Positions 42,216 through 45,790 of a stretch of 45,790 nt of DNA are shown piece by piece. The notes under the pieces were generated by a model. It did not search any database and was not told the origin of the DNA. It worked only from the letters and a program-made list of their open reading frames with translations. Each line of letters begins with the position of its first letter. The stretch's first letter is position 1. Position numbers and translations under genes: made by a program. This DNA comes from an uncultured Verrucomicrobiota bacterium (GTDB lineage Bacteria > Verrucomicrobiota > Kiritimatiellia > CAIVKH01): the NCBI GenBank assembly GCA_964441655.1, contig CAYTVN010000002.1:1-45790 (forward strand). Reading direction: 5' to 3'.

Positions 42216-43736
42216 ATGGTGAAAAAAACCGACCATACATTGACGGGCCTTTCGGCGGGGCTGCTGCTGATCTCCCTGTGCCTGGGACTTGGCCAGCTTA
42301 CTGCCGGCCATAATTGGGGCGGCGATTTTGCCCAGTACATCATGCAGGCGGAAAGCGTGGTGAAGGGCACCGTCGCGGATTTTATTGAGGCGAATCGCTG
42401 GACCATGGAGCAGTCCTATCGCCCCATCGGCCCCGTCGCTTATCCGTGGGGGCTGCCGTTGTTGCTGGCACCACTGTACGCTTTGTGGGGGGTAAACCTG
42501 TTGGCGTTCAAGCTGGTGGGAGTGGCGGCTTGGTTGGGGGTATTGCTGCTGTTGGTCCACTATGGCCGGGTGCGACACGGCGTGGTCGGGTTAGTGATGC
42601 TGGCGGTGCTGGCCCTAAATCCATTTTTGCTGGCCTATCTGAATCAAATAGCCTCCGACATTCCCTTTATGTTGGCCTCCACCGCGGCCATCATGCTGAT
42701 GCCCGGCTGGAGTGGATCAGGGATTACGGCGCGTCGTGGTGTGGCGTTGGGATTGGTCATGGCTGCGGCCAGCCTGCTGCGCTCGAACGGCATACTGCTG
42801 GTGATTCCGCTGGCGGTCGCGCAGTTTATCCATGTGCTGGAATCCGGGCGCTTCCGCGCCGGCCTGCGTGCGGTGTGGTCCCGGGATTATCTATGCCCGT
42901 GGCTGACCTTTGTCCCGGTCTACGCAGCGGTGACGGCTTGGTTGCCGGAGGGCGGTTCGTCGCATGTCGGTCATTTCTCCCTGGTGACCGCCCAGACCAT
43001 CCGCGAAAACATCGTTTACTACTTCAAGCTTCCGCTGGCCCTGTACGAAGGTGTGCCCGGTCGGCAGGCCATCTGTCTGCTGACCTATGCGTGGTGTGCC
43101 ATCGGCATGCTGGCGCGCATGCGGCGTGATCTGCCCACGCTGCTGTATATGGCCGCTACGCTGGGAATCTATTTGATCTGGCCTGACTCCATGCAGGGCT
43201 TGCGATTCCTCTTCCCGCTCTTGCCCTTCTATCTCTCTTTTACCCTGACCGGATTTCAGACGCTGGCGGATCGCCTCTCACCGGGTCTGCGCCGGGTGGT
43301 ATTGGGTGCGGGATGGGGCCTGGCCGTTTACGTGGCGGGCGCCATGATGGTGACCGCTGCGGATCGCTTCATCACCAATCAGCGCCAGAGCCGACCCGCG
43401 CCGGAAGGGCCCTACACCGAGGTGTCCCGCGCGTTGTTCGACGATGTCCGGCGGGTTACCCAACCGGATGATCAGGTCGTATTTTTCAAGCCCCGCGTGA
43501 TGCGCTTCCTGACCGGTCGTCCCTCGACGTTGCAGCGTTCTTTGGACCACCTGCGGCCCGGCACTTACCTCGTGCTTTATCGGGATGACGATGATAGCGT
43601 TTGGCCCATTTCTGAGCCTGAAGCAGAGGCGGCCGTTCTCGCGCATCAACTCGTGCGCGTTTCCGGCGCGGCCCGTCATGGGATCTATTTTTACAGTGGG
43701 GAAGAAGAACGTGTGCAAGGAGCGAATCAACCATGA
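42216..43736 (+). CDS. multi-pass membrane protein, GT-C-like (ArnT/PMT-like) putative glycosyltransferase
   Basis: The start is uncertain: GTG at 42189, ATG at 42216 or GTG at 42219. TM1 is followed by 'GGDFAQYIMQAE', the same G-D-x3-[FY]-[IL] motif as the other two GT-C-like genes. About 11 TM helices and a C-terminal soluble domain. Confidence 0.7.
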   Translation: MVKKTDHTLTGLSAGLLLISLCLGLGQLTAGHNWGGDFAQYIMQAESVVKGTVADFIEANRWTMEQSYRPIGPVAYPWGLPLLLAPLYALWGVNLLAFKLVGVAAWLGVLLLLVHYGRVRHGVVGLVMLAVLALNPFLLAYLNQIASDIPFMLASTAAIMLMPGWSGSGITARRGVALGLVMAAASLLRSNGILLVIPLAVAQFIHVLESGRFRAGLRAVWSRDYLCPWLTFVPVYAAVTAWLPEGGSSHVGHFSLVTAQTIRENIVYYFKLPLALYEGVPGRQAICLLTYAWCAIGMLARMRRDLPTLLYMAATLGIYLIWPDSMQGLRFLFPLLPFYLSFTLTGFQTLADRLSPGLRRVVLGAGWGLAVYVAGAMMVTAADRFITNQRQSRPAPEGPYTEVSRALFDDVRRVTQPDDQVVFFKPRVMRFLTGRPSTLQRSLDHLRPGTYLVLYRDDDDSVWPISEPEAEAAVLAHQLVRVSGAARHGIYFYSGEEERVQGANQP

Positions 43737-44665
43737 ATGAGCATAAATTTCCTGACGAATTTGAAAGTCCGACCCAGACTCCGCAAACCCCGGAGGACCG
43801 GGTCCGCTGGCAGGAAATGAACCGTTCATGGTGGGAAAACAATCCCATGCGCTATGATCAGGAAGTGGGCGTAAATCGCATTCCGGCCCCCTACGGGAGT
43901 CCCGAATATTTTGCGCAAAATGACGCGATATTCTTTTCCGAAGCCTGGCATTTCCTGCCTTGGAAGAAACTGCCTTTTGAAGCCCTCATGCCTTTCGATG
44001 AGTTGCCCAAGCTGGATGTGCTGGAGATCGGTACGGGGTTGGGCAGTCATGCCATGTTGCTGGCCCGGCACGCCAAAAGCTTCACCGGGATTGATTTGAC
44101 GAACCAGGCCATCGAAGCAACTTCCGGTCGCATCAAGCAGTCCGGCATCAGCACCGCGAAGGCCATTCGCATGGATGCCGAGCATATGCAATTCCCAGAC
44201 CAATCGTTCGATTTTATCTGGACGTGGGGTGTCATTCACCACTCTTCCGATACCCGGCAGATCATCAGCGAAATGGAGCGGGTCTTGCGCCCCGGCGGGC
44301 GGACGGTGGTCATGGTGTATCACCGGAGTTGGTGGATGTATTACTTCAAGATGTTTCTGATCGAGGGCCTAATCCGGGGCAAATTGAAAAAGCTGGGTTC
44401 CATCCATCGCATCGCCCAGGAGAACATCGATGGTTCATTTGCCCGCTATTACACCAAGTCGGAATGGCGCGAGTTGGTGGCCGGCAAATTTATTGTGGAT
44501 AAAATTGAGATCACCGGGATGAAGCAGGAGGTGGTTTTTCTGCCCGGGCGCACGTTGAAGAAGTGGGGGAAGAAGTACATTCCGGACGTCTTCACACGCT
44601 TTTTGAGCAACCACTGCCAGATGGGCGGCTTTCTTGTGGCGCATATGCACAAGAAGCCAGCGTAA
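43733..44665 (+). CDS. class I SAM-dependent methyltransferase
   Basis: ATGA overlap with the upstream gene. Motif I 'VLEIGTGLGSHAMLLA'; 'FDFIWTWGVIHHS'; 'LRPGGRTVVMVYH'. Confidence 0.85.
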   Translation: MNEHKFPDEFESPTQTPQTPEDRVRWQEMNRSWWENNPMRYDQEVGVNRIPAPYGSPEYFAQNDAIFFSEAWHFLPWKKLPFEALMPFDELPKLDVLEIGTGLGSHAMLLARHAKSFTGIDLTNQAIEATSGRIKQSGISTAKAIRMDAEHMQFPDQSFDFIWTWGVIHHSSDTRQIISEMERVLRPGGRTVVMVYHRSWWMYYFKMFLIEGLIRGKLKKLGSIHRIAQENIDGSFARYYTKSEWRELVAGKFIVDKIEITGMKQEVVFLPGRTLKKWGKKYIPDVFTRFLSNHCQMGGFLVAHMHKKPA

Positions 44666-44722
44666 CGTGCGGCGGTGTGTGACGCAGTAACCGGACGGGA
44701 AGTCTTCAGAGACTAGAGCATC

Positions 44723-45790
44723 ATGTGCGGCATTGCAGGCTACATGGATATCAGGGGAGGGCTTCCGCCCACCACGTTTGCACGCATGCGCGATGCGATG
44801 GCCCACCGGGGGCCCGATGGCTTTGGCCTTGCCCTGGTGGGCGAGGATGGACGGCGCACGGAAGATGCAACGGCGGCCCGCGGGGGCCTGGCGCACCGTC
44901 GTCTGAGCATTATTGATCTCACCGAGGCGGGCGCCCAGCCCATGGCAAATGAGGACGGCTCGGTTTGGATCACCTACAACGGCGAGTGTTACAATTTCCA
45001 GGAATTCCGCCAGGATCTGGAGCAGCGCGGCCACGTCTTCCGCTCCCACTGCGATACCGAAACTATCATCCATTTGTACGAGGAGTATGGGATCGAGGAA
45101 ACCTTGCGCCGCATGAATGGCATGTGGGGCTTTGGCTTGTACGACGGTCCGAGTCGCAGGTTGATACTGGCCCGGGACCGGGTGGGCAAGAAGCCCTTGT
45201 ATTACGCCGAGGTTCAGGGCGGTCTGCTGTTTGCCTCCGAGATGAAGGCGCTGTATGCCTCGGGTTTGATTGACCTGCAGCAGCTGGATGACGACGCGGT
45301 GGCAGATTCCCTGCGCGTGGGCACACCGCTGGGGTCGCGCACCATGTTTCGGCAAATTCGGATGGTGCCGCCCGGTCACTATGCAATCTGGGAAAAGGGG
45401 CGTCTGTCCGTCCATCGGTATTACGTCCACCCGATGGAGCGGCTGGAGCCGGAAGATCGCACCTTGGATGATTTTTCCGATGAGCTGGAAGCGTTACTGG
45501 AGGATGCCATACGCATTCGGCTGATTGCGGATGTGCCGGTGGGACTCTTTCTGTCCGGCGGCATTGATTCCTCGCTCATGGCGGCTTTGACCAGGAAAAA
45601 GGTGGGGCGGGATGTCAGCGCCTATTGCATTTCGTTCGAAGACCAGGCCTATGATGAATCCCACCATGCACGCCGGGTGGCGGAACATCTGGGGCTGCCC
45701 TTTTATGTGATGCCCGCATCGTCCAGTGGCCCAGAGCTATTTGAGAAAATTGCCAGGCATATTGATCAGCCGCTCGGCGATGCCTCCCTG
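44723..45790 (+). CDS. asnB: asparagine synthase (glutamine-hydrolysing)-like amidotransferase, copy 3; 3'-partial, running off the window
   Basis: Absent from the ORF track because there is no stop before the window end. My translation from the ATG at 44723 gives MCGIAGYMDIRGG...HRRLSIIDLTEAGAQPMANEDGSVWITYNGECYNFQEF...DTETIIHLYEEYG...GMWGFGLYD. The frame stays open for 356 codons to nt 45790 and includes the PP-loop 'LSGGIDSS'. Confidence 0.9.
   Translation, partial: MCGIAGYMDIRGGLPPTTFARMRDAMAHRGPDGFGLALVGEDGRRTEDATAARGGLAHRRLSIIDLTEAGAQPMANEDGSVWITYNGECYNFQEFRQDLEQRGHVFRSHCDTETIIHLYEEYGIEETLRRMNGMWGFGLYDGPSRRLILARDRVGKKPLYYAEVQGGLLFASEMKALYASGLIDLQQLDDDAVADSLRVGTPLGSRTMFRQIRMVPPGHYAIWEKGRLSVHRYYVHPMERLEPEDRTLDDFSDELEALLEDAIRIRLIADVPVGLFLSGGIDSSLMAALTRKKVGRDVSAYCISFEDQAYDESHHARRVAEHLGLPFYVMPASSSGPELFEKIARHIDQPLGDASL

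Noticed and set aside
44697-44719. Small inverted repeat AGTCT-TCAG-AGACT, and similarity to the TCAGAnn unit, upstream of asnB-3.
   Set aside because: It is a single unit with a 5-bp stem, which is indistinguishable from chance.
1-45790. Evidence that the locus is a mobile genomic island (tRNA, integrase, transposase, IS ends, direct repeats), or that it contains RNA genes or riboswitches.
   Set aside because: - No ORF resembles an integrase or transposase.
- The longest non-coding spacers are under 100 nt and show no tRNA-like or riboswitch-like structure.
- Apart from the four-helix-bundle cassette, I see no compositional break by eye.

Overview
The whole 45.8-kb window is one densely packed, roughly 60% GC glycan biosynthesis and decoration locus. 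I call 40 protein-coding genes, 38 on the + strand. Nine gene junctions are ATGA start/stop overlaps, which suggests translational coupling. I found no tRNA, rRNA, CRISPR array, transposase or integrase.

Gene content:
- 7 GT4 (GT-B) glycosyltransferases.
- 4 GT2 glycosyltransferases. One is a polyprenyl-phosphate sugar synthase-like enzyme with 4 C-terminal TM helices. Two further proteins have a GT-A-like fold.
- 3 large GT-C-like (ArnT/PMT-like) membrane proteins.
- 3 MBOAT (AlgI/PatA/DltB-like) O-acyltransferases, with 4 SGNH-type partner or esterase proteins.
- 1 acyltransferase-3 (OafA-like) and 1 hexapeptide acetyltransferase.
- 6 SAM-dependent methyltransferases, one of them TylF-like.
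- 3 AsnB-like glutamine amidotransferases; the last runs off the 3' end of the window.
- 2 UDP-galactopyranose-mutase-like flavoenzymes, one resembling the eukaryotic type.
- 1 WbpE/DegT-like sugar aminotransferase.

I see no recognisable initiating phosphoglycosyltransferase, flippase, polymerase, chain-length regulator or exporter.

The most unusual sequence-level signal is a set of STRR-like tandem heptanucleotide arrays. They sit at gene boundaries and also in frame inside conserved enzymes. Two inverted arrays of the same heptamer bracket an AT-richer ORF of the 'four-helix-bundle / 23S rRNA intervening-sequence protein' family. That ORF is wedged between a GT4 gene and an asnB-like gene, which looks like an IVS-like cassette inside an mRNA operon.

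Other oddities:
- A GT4 gene whose conserved N-terminus lies upstream of any canonical start codon; an SD-preceded CTG is the candidate start.
- A 32-nt perfectly identical tract shared by two otherwise diverged GT4 paralogues.

I cannot assign a taxon from the sequence alone. All family assignments are motif recognition by eye, not database searches.
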